This document shows positions 20,743-29,599 of a DNA stretch of 64,000 nucleotides, piece by piece. This DNA comes from Candidatus Poribacteria bacterium (GTDB taxonomy: Bacteria; Poribacteria; WGA-4E; GCA-2687025). The stretch's first letter is position 1. Every line of letters begins with the position of its first letter. Both the position numbers and the translations under genes were made by a program. Where the stretch lies: positions 160,001 to 224,000 of the forward strand of contig OY762492.1 in assembly GCA_963665845.2 (NCBI GenBank), in the 5' to 3' direction. Below the pieces are notes generated by a model that saw nothing but the letters and a program-made list of their open reading frames with translations, searched no databases and was not told the origin of the DNA.

Positions 20743-22104
20743 ATGAAAAAGGTTGGTCGCTGGCGTTCATTGACGCTGATTGGTTTGGCGCTGGTCGGTT
20801 TGGCGGCGGCGGCGTTTCTATGGCTTCGAGACAACAACGCGGGCGAGCCGATGGCGCCGAAAATGGTCTTGCCGGGGTACGGCGCCGGCCGCGTCATGCA
20901 CCAGAAGCTTATGTTTTTCCCGGACAGCAAAACGCTTCTCAGCGCATACGAGGATGGATCCGTCCGCCTCTGGGATGTCGACTCTGGACATCTTCTTCAA
21001 ACAAAGAGCTTCCCCGGAATCAATGTCGGCGGCGCATTGGTTTCGAACGACGGCCGAACCATTGCTGTCAAAGGCTATTCGGAACTGCATCTGTGGAATG
21101 TTTCGACCGGCGAGATCAAGGTTTCGAAATTGGCGGACATGGGAATGGGGAGGATCTACTTTTCCCCCGACAGCCGAACCATCGCCTCCGTCGTCTCCGC
21201 CGTCCTAAAGGTACCCGGAGCAGCCCCCAGAAGCGAGTATTCGACCTGTATCTGGGATGTCGAGACCGGCGCGCTGCTGCATACACTTGATACGCCAGGT
21301 CAACTTTGGGGACACCCCGTCCTGTATTCGCCGGACAGCAGGAAGATCGTTAGCGCGGGCAGCAATACCGCCAAGGTGTGGGATGTGAAAACGGGCGCGC
21401 TGCTCCATACGTTCCATGGAATTGCGCGCGCGGACACCATCGCCTTTTCGCCGGACAGAAGCCATACTGCCGGAGTTTTGGCGGCTGTCTGCGACGGTCC
21501 TTCGACTAAGGTATGGGATCCGGATGCGATTAAGGTATGGGATCTGGAAACAGGCGCGTTGCTCCATACGCTTCAAACCCATAGATCTCCCTGGTCCTTC
21601 AAGTTTTCGCCGGACGGCAGGAGGATCGCTAGCGTGAACTACAGGGTCTTCAATATCAGGGATACGGACGCCAATATCTGGGATGTGAAAACGGGCGCGC
21701 TGCTCCATACATCTGAAGTCCCTAGCATGTCGAGCCCGTATATTCTTGATTATTTCCCAGACGGCAAGAGCATTCTCATCAACGCGTCCGGCGGGTTTGG
21801 CGAGGTCTGGGATGTGGAAACGGGCGCGCGGCTCCAAAGGTTTAGAGGCGGCAGTTTATCGCGGACTTATTCGCGGGCGGGGAAGAAGCTGATCAGCGTC
21901 ATATTCCAGGAGCGCGGCATTTACCCACCCGCGCGGGTTGAGGTATGGGACGCGGAGTCATGGAAGCTCCTTAAAAAGTCTGGGGATTCTCCTGAAGGGG
22001 TTAACGGCGTCGCCTATTCTAAAGACCGAACGACGCTCGCCTTCTCCCTCGATAACGGCGAGATCCTGATTTGGGACCTGGAAGCAGCTGCGCCAGAACC
22101 TTGA
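20743..22104 (+). CDS. Membrane-anchored WD40 protein, tandem paralog of 19366..20697
   Basis: Colinear with the upstream gene, with near-identical N- and C-terminal blocks. Confidence 0.88.
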   Translation: MKKVGRWRSLTLIGLALVGLAAAAFLWLRDNNAGEPMAPKMVLPGYGAGRVMHQKLMFFPDSKTLLSAYEDGSVRLWDVDSGHLLQTKSFPGINVGGALVSNDGRTIAVKGYSELHLWNVSTGEIKVSKLADMGMGRIYFSPDSRTIASVVSAVLKVPGAAPRSEYSTCIWDVETGALLHTLDTPGQLWGHPVLYSPDSRKIVSAGSNTAKVWDVKTGALLHTFHGIARADTIAFSPDRSHTAGVLAAVCDGPSTKVWDPDAIKVWDLETGALLHTLQTHRSPWSFKFSPDGRRIASVNYRVFNIRDTDANIWDVKTGALLHTSEVPSMSSPYILDYFPDGKSILINASGGFGEVWDVETGARLQRFRGGSLSRTYSRAGKKLISVIFQERGIYPPARVEVWDAESWKLLKKSGDSPEGVNGVAYSKDRTTLAFSLDNGEILIWDLEAAAPEP

Positions 22105-22120
22105 GGCTGCAGGAGTCCTT

Positions 22121-22172
22121 CATTCCCGCGCCCGTCCTTTAAACCCCCCTTTCAAGGGGGGAATCGGACGCG
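22121..22172 (+). repeat. Family A half-site plus short family B hairpin
   Basis: CATTCCCGCG...TAAACCCCCCTTTCAAGGGGGGAATCGGACGCG. Confidence 0.75.
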
Positions 22173-22226
22173 GCAATCTGGACGCGCAGCGTTTCTAGGG
22201 TTAAGATAACGGGCGGGAGGATTGCG

Positions 22227-23363
22227 ATGAAGATAGAGCGAATCGATCTGATACCTGTCGAGTATCCGTTTCGGGGAGAGTTTCGCATCTCGCGCGGTTC
22301 GGTCGGCTCGGCGGCGCTCGGACGCCAAACCGTGATCGCCAAGCTGACAACGGAGGACGGAACGGTCGGATGGGGCGAATCGGCTCCCATTCGGCAATGG
22401 TCGTATGAGACGCTGGAGTCGGTCTATTCAACCTTGTCGCGCTATCTTGTACCAGCCGTTCTCGGCGCCGACCTGTTCGATCTTGACGGGCTGCATCGGC
22501 GCATGGACGCCGAGATCGCCCCGGGCTACACGCTCGGACAGCCGATTGCGCGGGCGGCTATCGACATCGCGGCGCATGACGCGCTCGGCAAAACGCTCGG
22601 CGCGTCGCTCTCGCAGTATTGGGGGGCGGCGCGGCGGCGTTCCGTTCCGCTTTCATGGACGGTCGCCGTTCCGACGCTTGAAAAGGCGGAAGAAGCGGTT
22701 GAAGAAGGACGCGCCGCCGGCTATTCCCATTTCAACATCAAAGTCGGAAGCGAAGAGCGGCTCGATTTTGACATCGCGCTCGCGCAGTATGTTCGCCAAG
22801 CGGCGCCGGACGGGTTTTTATGGGCGGACGCGAACGGCGGATACTCGGTTCAAACCGCCAAAGAAGCCGCCCGCCGCCTCGCCGCTGTCGGCGTTGATGT
22901 CCTTGAACAGCCTATTCCGATCAACGCCGTATCGGGTTACCGCGAACTGCGCCGACTGAACGCGCTGCCGCTCGCGGTGGACGAAGGGATTGTATCGCCG
23001 CGCGACCTCATCGAGTGGATACGGCTTGACCTGATCGACGGAATCGCCATGAAGCCGATGCGCGTCGGCGGCTTGTATCCGCAGCGTCGGCTGATCGAAA
23101 CGGCGCTGGACGCGGGGCTGATGTTTCTCGGCAGCGGCTTGACCGACCCTGACATCGGTTTTGCGGCGAGCGTTCAGATCTACGCGGCATACGGTTTGAA
23201 ATACCCCGCCGCTTTGAACGGTCCGCAGTTTTTGTCCGCGTCGGCGGCGTCCAAGGGCGTTCAGGTTGAGAACGGCTGCGCGCATGTCCCCGACGGCGCA
23301 GGTCTCGGCATCGAGATGGACGAATCGGCGTTGGAACGCATGCGCATTGAAGTTGGCTTTTGA
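22227..23363 (+). CDS. Enolase superfamily, muconate lactonizing enzyme/dipeptide epimerase subgroup
   Basis: GWGES, AAIDIA.HD, NIKVG, metal ligands DAN/EQP/DE, second base K in AMKP, and GAGLG. Confidence 0.88.
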   Translation: MKIERIDLIPVEYPFRGEFRISRGSVGSAALGRQTVIAKLTTEDGTVGWGESAPIRQWSYETLESVYSTLSRYLVPAVLGADLFDLDGLHRRMDAEIAPGYTLGQPIARAAIDIAAHDALGKTLGASLSQYWGAARRRSVPLSWTVAVPTLEKAEEAVEEGRAAGYSHFNIKVGSEERLDFDIALAQYVRQAAPDGFLWADANGGYSVQTAKEAARRLAAVGVDVLEQPIPINAVSGYRELRRLNALPLAVDEGIVSPRDLIEWIRLDLIDGIAMKPMRVGGLYPQRRLIETALDAGLMFLGSGLTDPDIGFAASVQIYAAYGLKYPAALNGPQFLSASAASKGVQVENGCAHVPDGAGLGIEMDESALERMRIEVGF

Positions 23364-23373
23364 GGAGAACGGC

Positions 23374-24027
23374 ATGAAGCGAATCGTAGAGCCGGAGGTG
23401 ATGGACACGCGCGAGGAGGCGGAGGCGTACGACGCGATGGGGCATGGAGAGGTGGACAGAGCCTTTGCGAAGCGATTTTTGGAGTTGGGGGGAGGGTTTG
23501 GGCATGCGCTGGATGTCGGCTGCGGGCCGGCGCAGATACCGATCATGCTGACAAGCCGACGCCCTGATATGCGCTTTGACGCGGTGGATCTGTCCGAGGA
23601 GATGCTGAGGATCGCGCGGCGGAGGGCGGAGGAGGCGGGGGTTCAAGACCGCATCGCGTTCAGGCTGGCGGACGCGAAGGCGCTGCCGTTTCCCGACAAC
23701 TTTTTTGACAGCTTGATCTCCAACAGCATCGTTCATCATGTGCATGACGCCATGCGGGCGCTGCGGGAGATGAGCCGCGTTGTGAAGCCGGCAGGCGCGG
23801 TTCTCATCCGCGACCTGATACGCCCAGAAACGACAGCGGAGGCGCAGGCGTTTGTGGACAAATACGCCGGCGGGGACACGCCCCATCAACAGCAGATGTA
23901 CTACGATTCGTATTTGGCCGCCTTCACGATAAAGGAGGTTAAAGCGATGCTGGCGAAGATGAACCTGCCGGGAGCCCGCGTCGTCCAGAGCAGCGACCGG
24001 CACTGGTCAATAGAGCGTTCAGCCTAG
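23374..24027 (+). CDS. Class I SAM-dependent methyltransferase
   Basis: Start MKRIVEPEVMD after a GAGGAG RBS; LDVGCGP, DLSEEM and ADAKALPF motifs. Confidence 0.9.
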   Translation: MKRIVEPEVMDTREEAEAYDAMGHGEVDRAFAKRFLELGGGFGHALDVGCGPAQIPIMLTSRRPDMRFDAVDLSEEMLRIARRRAEEAGVQDRIAFRLADAKALPFPDNFFDSLISNSIVHHVHDAMRALREMSRVVKPAGAVLIRDLIRPETTAEAQAFVDKYAGGDTPHQQQMYYDSYLAAFTIKEVKAMLAKMNLPGARVVQSSDRHWSIERSA

Positions 24028-24079
24028 CGGTCGGGAGAGGTTGACATGGCGAACGCCGAACGGTTTTGGTAAGACTCTG

Positions 24080-24104
24080 GATTCCCGCTTGCGCGGGAAT
24101 GACG
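24080..24104 (-). repeat. Palindromic repeat family A
   Basis: GATTCCCGCTTGCGCGGGAATGACG on the + strand. Confidence 0.9.
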
Positions 24105-24201
24105 TCAGAAACTGCCGTCTCTTAGTTGATATTGGGCGCGAATCTGTGCCATGATTAGAGGCGGCAAATCCGTAGAGGCTTCATTGGAAAAGGCGGTACG
24201 C

Positions 24202-24330
24202 ATGAGTAAGTTTATGAGCGTCCTGATCGCGCTGTTGCTGATGTATCTGTGCGTCATTGAGACGGTGCAGGTGTTCGGGCTGTATAAGGCGGTCGAATAC
24301 GCCCAGCAGGAGCTGTCCGAAAGAGAATGA
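24202..24330 (+). CDS. Putative 42-aa single-pass membrane microprotein (absent from ORF track)
   Basis: MSKFMSVLIALLLMYLCVIETVQVFGLYKAVEYAQQELSERE*; AAGGCGG upstream; GC-rich third codon positions. Confidence 0.55.
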   Translation: MSKFMSVLIALLLMYLCVIETVQVFGLYKAVEYAQQELSERE

Positions 24331-24353
24331 GTATCGGCGGCGGAAAGAGGCGC

Positions 24354-25166
24354 ATGAACGATCAGACATCTTCGGGCGCCGGCTTGGCGCATCGCGCGGC
24401 AGAGGCGGCAAAGGAGGCGGGAGCCATCCTGCTCGCTTTTTTCAAAAAGTTAGAGCGGATTGACTACAAAGCGCCCGGCAACCCCGTGACGGAAGCCGAC
24501 CGCGCCTCCGAACGTTTTTTGGCGGACGCGCTGGGTAAAGCGGCTCCTGACGCCGCGTTTTACGGCGAAGAATTTGGAATGCAACGCGGCGGCGACCCGC
24601 TCCAAGGCGACTGCTGGGTCGTGGATCCGCTGGACGGGACGGCGAATTACTCGGCGGGCGTTCCGATCTTCTCCGTCTCCATCGCGTTCATGAGAGGCGG
24701 CGCGCCCGTTCTCGGCGTCATTTACGACCCGACGCGGGACGATCTATTTCAGGCGGTTCAGGGGGAGCCATGTCTGCGAAACGGTTCTCCTTGCCGAGTG
24801 AGCGCGCGTCCGCTGTTCGGCGGCATATCGCCCTCCGCCGTTTCCGCCGACATCATCCGCGCGCGCCCCTCTTTTTTGTCGTCCTTGTCGAAGGGTCGCA
24901 GCCTCGGTTCCGCGGCGCTGCAGATGGCGTATGTGGCCGCCGGGGCGTTTGATCTGGCGATGGATTCAAAGACGCGCTTGTGGGACGCCGCGGCCGGGTC
25001 GCTGTTAATCGAGAGCGCCGGGGGAAGCGTCACCGCATTGGACGGCTCGCCTCTGTTTCCTTTAAAAAGCGCCGAGGCGTTTGAAGGCGCGCCGTTCCCG
25101 TTTTTGGCAACCAACGGCGTCAACCATGAAGCCGCTGTGCGCCGCGTCGGATCGGAACTCTCATGA
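24354..25166 (+). CDS. Inositol monophosphatase family protein
   Basis: VTEAD, GEE, DPLDGT, GSAAL and WDAAAG motifs. Confidence 0.9.
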   Translation: MNDQTSSGAGLAHRAAEAAKEAGAILLAFFKKLERIDYKAPGNPVTEADRASERFLADALGKAAPDAAFYGEEFGMQRGGDPLQGDCWVVDPLDGTANYSAGVPIFSVSIAFMRGGAPVLGVIYDPTRDDLFQAVQGEPCLRNGSPCRVSARPLFGGISPSAVSADIIRARPSFLSSLSKGRSLGSAALQMAYVAAGAFDLAMDSKTRLWDAAAGSLLIESAGGSVTALDGSPLFPLKSAEAFEGAPFPFLATNGVNHEAAVRRVGSELS

Positions 25167-25471
25167 ACGGCGCCGACAGCCGAGAGAATCCCGCGCGCGC
25201 CCCCGACGCCCCTTTGACAATCGCCGCCCTGCGTTTCATGATCAAGGCGGTACCTTTTGCGTCGGTCGTTTTTGCTGTCGGCTCGATGGTCTACGGTTTG
25301 CTAACGCTGCTAAAAGGCGACGAGACGATCTGGCCGGCGGTATGGGGTTTTTTGGTACCGGCGCTGTCGGCTCCTGCAGGTCTCGCCGTTCAGTATCTAT
25401 TGGTGAAAGCGATACCCTCGCGCTATGAAACGGAGGAATATGATGAACCAGATGAATCGTCCTTTTTGTAA
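25163..25471 (+). CDS. Hypothetical two-TM membrane protein
   Basis: ATGA overlap with the upstream gene; two hydrophobic segments and an acidic tail. Confidence 0.6.
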   Translation: MNGADSRENPARAPDAPLTIAALRFMIKAVPFASVVFAVGSMVYGLLTLLKGDETIWPAVWGFLVPALSAPAGLAVQYLLVKAIPSRYETEEYDEPDESSFL

Positions 25472-27197
25472 AACGCCGCGCCGCCGTTTGGGGAGATACT
25501 GGGCGGCGGCTGTTGCGCTCTCTCTTCTGTGCTGCGCTTCGTCGGCTGAAGAAAAGTATGTGGAGGTGCGGCTGTCGGGCGGGGGAGATCTGTTTTCCGC
25601 CTTTCCCCTTGGTCCGATGGAGCCGGACGCTTCGCGCCTGCTCAAGTTGATTCAGCGCATCGAAACGCTGCGGGAAGACGACGCGGTCGCCGGCATTGTG
25701 CTGCGTTCGTCCGGGTCGGGCGTTTCGCGCTCCGACCGGTATGAGCTGGCGGCGGAGATTCGCAAGTTTCAACAGAAAGGGAAGAAGGTTGTTTTCTGGG
25801 CGCCGACCATCGGCGGAAACGGGTATCTTCTCGCGGCGCAGGCGGATCTTGTTCTGCTTCCGCCAAGCGGCATGCTCGATTTGACAGGCGTTTCGGCAAG
25901 CGTCATGTTTTACAAGGATCTGATGGATAAGATCGGGGTGAAGGCGGATTTTGTGCGCGCGGGCGAATTCAAAACGGCGGTGGAACCGTACACCCGCGCC
26001 GACATGTCGGACGAAGCGCGCGCCATGATGGAGCGCATGCTCAATTCGCTTTATGAGCAGATGACAATCGAAGTGGCGGCGGGGCGCGGCATCGACATCA
26101 AAAAAGCGGAGCGTCTCATCGATGGCGGGCCGTATACGGCGAAGGAGGCGCTGGACGCCGGCCTCATCGACGAGCTGCGTTACCCAGACGAGCTGGACGA
26201 GGTTGCGGACGCGCTTGCCGGCAAAGATGTGGCCTATTCGCGTTCGAAGCCCAGCTCCCAGACGTCCGACCCGGAGAGCGCGCTCTTTAGCCATCTTCTG
26301 CGCGGCATCTTCGGCGGAAGCGGCTCGTCGTCCGGTTCAGGAGCCGACAAGATCGCGCTCATCCATGCGGAGGGGGTCATCGCGCCTGATCAGGCAGCGT
26401 CTCCGTTTTTGATGGGTTCCGTGGTGACATCCGCCGATATGGTGGCGGCGCTGGATAAGGCGCGGCGCGACGAGACCGTCAAGGCGATCGTGCTTCGCGT
26501 CAACAGCCCCGGCGGCTCCGCTCTGGCGTCCGATCTCATCTGGCGCGCGGCGCAACGGGCGCGCGAGGCGAAGCCGGTCGTCGTCTCTATGGGCAATGTG
26601 GCCGCATCGGGCGGTTACTACATCGCCATGGGCGCCGACTATATCGTCGCCAACCCTGGAACGCTCACCGGAAGCGTCGGCGTGTTCGGCGGAAAGATGG
26701 ATCTGGGCGGTTTATACGAGAAGATCGGCGTCCGAAAACAGATTGTCAAACGAGGCAAAAACGCGAACATTTACGACGAAGCGAGCGGGTTCACCGACTC
26801 GGAGCGGGAGCGGCTGCGCAGTCTCATCGACGCTGTCTATGACGATTTCATCTCCAAAGCGGCGCAGGGGCGCTCCATGGATCAAAAGAAGATTGAGGCG
26901 CTGGCAAAGGGGCAGGTCTGGACAGGAGCGGAGGCGGTCAAAAACGGGCTGGTTGATGAGCTGGGCGGACTAAAAGAGGCGTTTGCCATCGCCAAAACGC
27001 GCGCCGGCTTCAGCCCCGACGACAAGCTGGAGCTGCTGGAGCTGCCGAATAAACCGTCCCTCTTCTCCCTGTTCGGCGAGGGGGCGTCGTCGCCGCTTGG
27101 GACGGGAGAGGCGCTCGCCGGCTGGTTCCGCGCGTTGGAGGCGATGCAGCGCGAGCGCGTGTTCATGCTGCTGCCGTATTCAACGCCCGATCGGTAA
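25440..27197 (+). CDS. sppA: Signal peptide peptidase SppA, 67K type (S49)
   Basis: GEFKTAVE (catalytic Lys), RVNSPGGS, SMGNVAASGGYY, TGSVGV and GLVDELGG motifs; GGAGG before the ATG at 25440. Confidence 0.92.
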   Translation: MMNQMNRPFCKTPRRRLGRYWAAAVALSLLCCASSAEEKYVEVRLSGGGDLFSAFPLGPMEPDASRLLKLIQRIETLREDDAVAGIVLRSSGSGVSRSDRYELAAEIRKFQQKGKKVVFWAPTIGGNGYLLAAQADLVLLPPSGMLDLTGVSASVMFYKDLMDKIGVKADFVRAGEFKTAVEPYTRADMSDEARAMMERMLNSLYEQMTIEVAAGRGIDIKKAERLIDGGPYTAKEALDAGLIDELRYPDELDEVADALAGKDVAYSRSKPSSQTSDPESALFSHLLRGIFGGSGSSSGSGADKIALIHAEGVIAPDQAASPFLMGSVVTSADMVAALDKARRDETVKAIVLRVNSPGGSALASDLIWRAAQRAREAKPVVVSMGNVAASGGYYIAMGADYIVANPGTLTGSVGVFGGKMDLGGLYEKIGVRKQIVKRGKNANIYDEASGFTDSERERLRSLIDAVYDDFISKAAQGRSMDQKKIEALAKGQVWTGAEAVKNGLVDELGGLKEAFAIAKTRAGFSPDDKLELLELPNKPSLFSLFGEGASSPLGTGEALAGWFRALEAMQRERVFMLLPYSTPDR

Positions 27198-27235
27198 GCG
27201 GGAAATGCGCGTCAAGGCGCGTCGCCAACCAGATC

Positions 27236-27356
27236 GTTCCCCGCTTCCGCGAGGACATGCATTCCCGCGCCCCTTTCTGTCATCCCGCGCCTTTTTCCGT
27301 CATTCCCGCGCCCCTTTCTGTCATTCCCGCGTAAGCGGGAATCTTAGGCGCCGCAG
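27236..27356 (+). repeat. Repeat mosaic: tandem family A half-sites followed by a full hairpin
   Basis: Three partial CATTCCCGCG-like units spaced by C/T tracts, then a full copy at 27320..27343; lies between convergent genes. Confidence 0.85.
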
Positions 27357-27379
27357 AAGCCGTCCGCGTTCGCATAAGG

Positions 27380-28306
27380 TCAGGCTCCGTTCTGGTCTTG
27401 AACAGCCTGCAGGATTCGCATGGCGGGCATGACCGCTTCGGCGGAGACGCTGGGCGCGCGGCCGCCGCGGACTGCCGCTAAGAACTCGGCGTTCTGCGCC
27501 TCAAGAGCCGACGCGCCGCCCTCAAAGACGACCTGATCGGCGGCGTAAAGCTTGCCGTTCTCATAACGGTAGGTCTCCTCCTCGCCGATAAACAGGTAGT
27601 CATGGAAGGGGCGGCGCGTGTTGTACGACATCGCCGCGCTGACGACCGCCCCCGACGCCGTCTTGAAGCACATGTTGAGATCCAGCGGGATGTTGAGCGG
27701 AGGCGTCGGCGGAGCGAGAACGCCTTTCACATCCACAATCTCCGTTTCGTCAAGCATCCAGACCGCCATGTCGATGATATGCGCTCCGTGGTGCCAGAGC
27801 AGGTTGTCTGTCCAGCTGCGTTTTTGCCCTTTCCAGTTCTCATTTTTTCGGCGGAGGAAGCCCCATTTGCATGCAATCTGTTTGATATGGAAGGAGCCGT
27901 CTTGAACGCGGCGGCGCAACTCCTGCAGGGCGGGAAAGAACCGCTGCGTGTGGCAGATCATGAGCTGTTTGGGGGAAGACGCGGCAAGGCGCGCCGCTTC
28001 CAGCGCATCCTCTAGATTTACGCTGAGCGGTATCTCGCATAGAACATGCTTCTCGGCGCGCAGACAAGCCATCGTCTGCTCGGCATGAATATCGCTTGGC
28101 GAGGCGATGAGGACCGCGTCGGCGGGGCAGTCCAGCGCTTCCTCTAGAGAGACGGTCGCCCGCTCAAAGCCGTGCCGGTCGGCGAATCGGCGCGCCGATT
28201 CCTCCACCCTGCCCATGACAGCGCTGAACTGAACCCCGCCCAGTTTTTTAAACGCCGTCGCATGCTCCTCGGCGATGCCGCCGTAGCCCAAGAATGTCAA
28301 ACGCAT
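27380..28306 (-). CDS. Gfo/Idh/MocA oxidoreductase, LigC/PmdC-like
   Basis: GYGGIA Rossmann motif, KHVLCEIP, and RSWTDNLLWHHGAH, which resembles the LigC RSWTDHLLWHH motif. Confidence 0.8.
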   Translation of the reverse strand: MRLTFLGYGGIAEEHATAFKKLGGVQFSAVMGRVEESARRFADRHGFERATVSLEEALDCPADAVLIASPSDIHAEQTMACLRAEKHVLCEIPLSVNLEDALEAARLAASSPKQLMICHTQRFFPALQELRRRVQDGSFHIKQIACKWGFLRRKNENWKGQKRSWTDNLLWHHGAHIIDMAVWMLDETEIVDVKGVLAPPTPPLNIPLDLNMCFKTASGAVVSAAMSYNTRRPFHDYLFIGEEETYRYENGKLYAADQVVFEGGASALEAQNAEFLAAVRGGRAPSVSAEAVMPAMRILQAVQDQNGA

Positions 28307-28358
28307 GGACGCCTCCGCCGTCTGCTTTTCACAAGCGTTGTGAATTTTCTGAAAACGA

Positions 28359-29408
28359 TCACTCGATTTTGACTGACTCGCCTTTTTCCGCCGATTCGTA
28401 AATCGCGTCAAAGATCTTCATCAGCTTCAGGACCTGCTCGCCCGGCACAAGCGACGGGGAGCCTTCCCGCGCCGACTTATGAAACGAGGCGAACTCCTTG
28501 GGCGTCCGCTTCAACGGCTCAAGGTCGTACTCCATCAGCCCCGAATGGTCTTTTTTGTCGGTGAAGATTTTGACAGGCGCGCTCAAGGAGGCTCCCGCCT
28601 TCTCGCCGACGATGAAATCCACCCCGACATTGCCGAGATGCGCCGCCCAGGAGGTCTCCACCGTCACGGTCGCGCCGTTGGCGAATTTCACCTGCCCGAC
28701 CGCAAAATCTTCCACATCAAAATCGTCCTGATTCCACATGCCCCATCCGCCGGTGAACAGCTTTTCGCGCTTGGCGAATTTCTGATAGGTGGAGCCGAAC
28801 GCTTCGACAGGATCGGGGTAACCCATCAGAAACAGCATCAGGTCGAACGAGTGGACGCCGATGTCGATGAGCGGTCCGCCGCCGGAGATCGCTTTTTTGA
28901 CGAAGGTCGGAGCGGCGGGGATGCCGCGCCTGCGCAGCGACATCGTCCGCCCGTAGTAGATCTCGCCGAGCAGCCCCTGCTGAATGCGTCTGGCGAGCGT
29001 CCAGTAGTGCGGGTTGAAGCGCGACTGCAGCCCGATCTGCAGCGTCTTGCCCGATTTGCGCTGCGCTTCGACCATCTTCGCGCCGTCGGCGGCGTTGCCC
29101 GCGAGCGGCTTTTCGCAGAGGACATGCTTGCCGGCGTTCAGCGCGGCGACGGTGGGCGGGGCGTGAAAGTTGTTCGGCGTGCAGACCGAGACGGCGTTCA
29201 GCTCCTCCATTTCGACCATCTTGTTGTAGTCGGTGAAGACATGCTTGATGCCGTTTCTTTCGGCGAAGGCTTTTGCCCGTTTTTCGTCGATGTCGCAGCA
29301 TGCGAACAGCTCCACATTTTTGACGCTTTTGTGTCCTGGGACATGCTTGCCCTGCGCGATTCCGCCTGAGCCGACAAATCCGACGCGCATCTTTTTCGGC
29401 GTTGCCAT
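28359..29408 (-). CDS. Gfo/Idh/MocA family oxidoreductase
   Basis: VGSGGIA, GKHVLCEKP and GGGPLIDIGVH motifs. Confidence 0.92.
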   Translation of the reverse strand: MATPKKMRVGFVGSGGIAQGKHVPGHKSVKNVELFACCDIDEKRAKAFAERNGIKHVFTDYNKMVEMEELNAVSVCTPNNFHAPPTVAALNAGKHVLCEKPLAGNAADGAKMVEAQRKSGKTLQIGLQSRFNPHYWTLARRIQQGLLGEIYYGRTMSLRRRGIPAAPTFVKKAISGGGPLIDIGVHSFDLMLFLMGYPDPVEAFGSTYQKFAKREKLFTGGWGMWNQDDFDVEDFAVGQVKFANGATVTVETSWAAHLGNVGVDFIVGEKAGASLSAPVKIFTDKKDHSGLMEYDLEPLKRTPKEFASFHKSAREGSPSLVPGEQVLKLMKIFDAIYESAEKGESVKIE

Positions 29409-29531
29409 ATCGTACTCCTAAGAGGTTCTTGTTCCGCGCATTGTACAGCGAATGGCGGTTTCGTTCAACGATAGTACGCTCAAACGAAGTTATTGGCGGC
29501 TACGGGGTTTGATCAGAAGATGGGTTTTTAA

Positions 29532-29556
29532 GATTCCCGCTTACGCGGGAATGACG
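29532..29556 (-). repeat. Palindromic repeat family A
   Basis: GATTCCCGCTTACGCGGGAATGACG on the + strand. Confidence 0.9.
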
Positions 29557-29599
29557 CCTTGGGCGCGGCGGCGCGTTGTATAGTGAACGGAGGTTTCGT

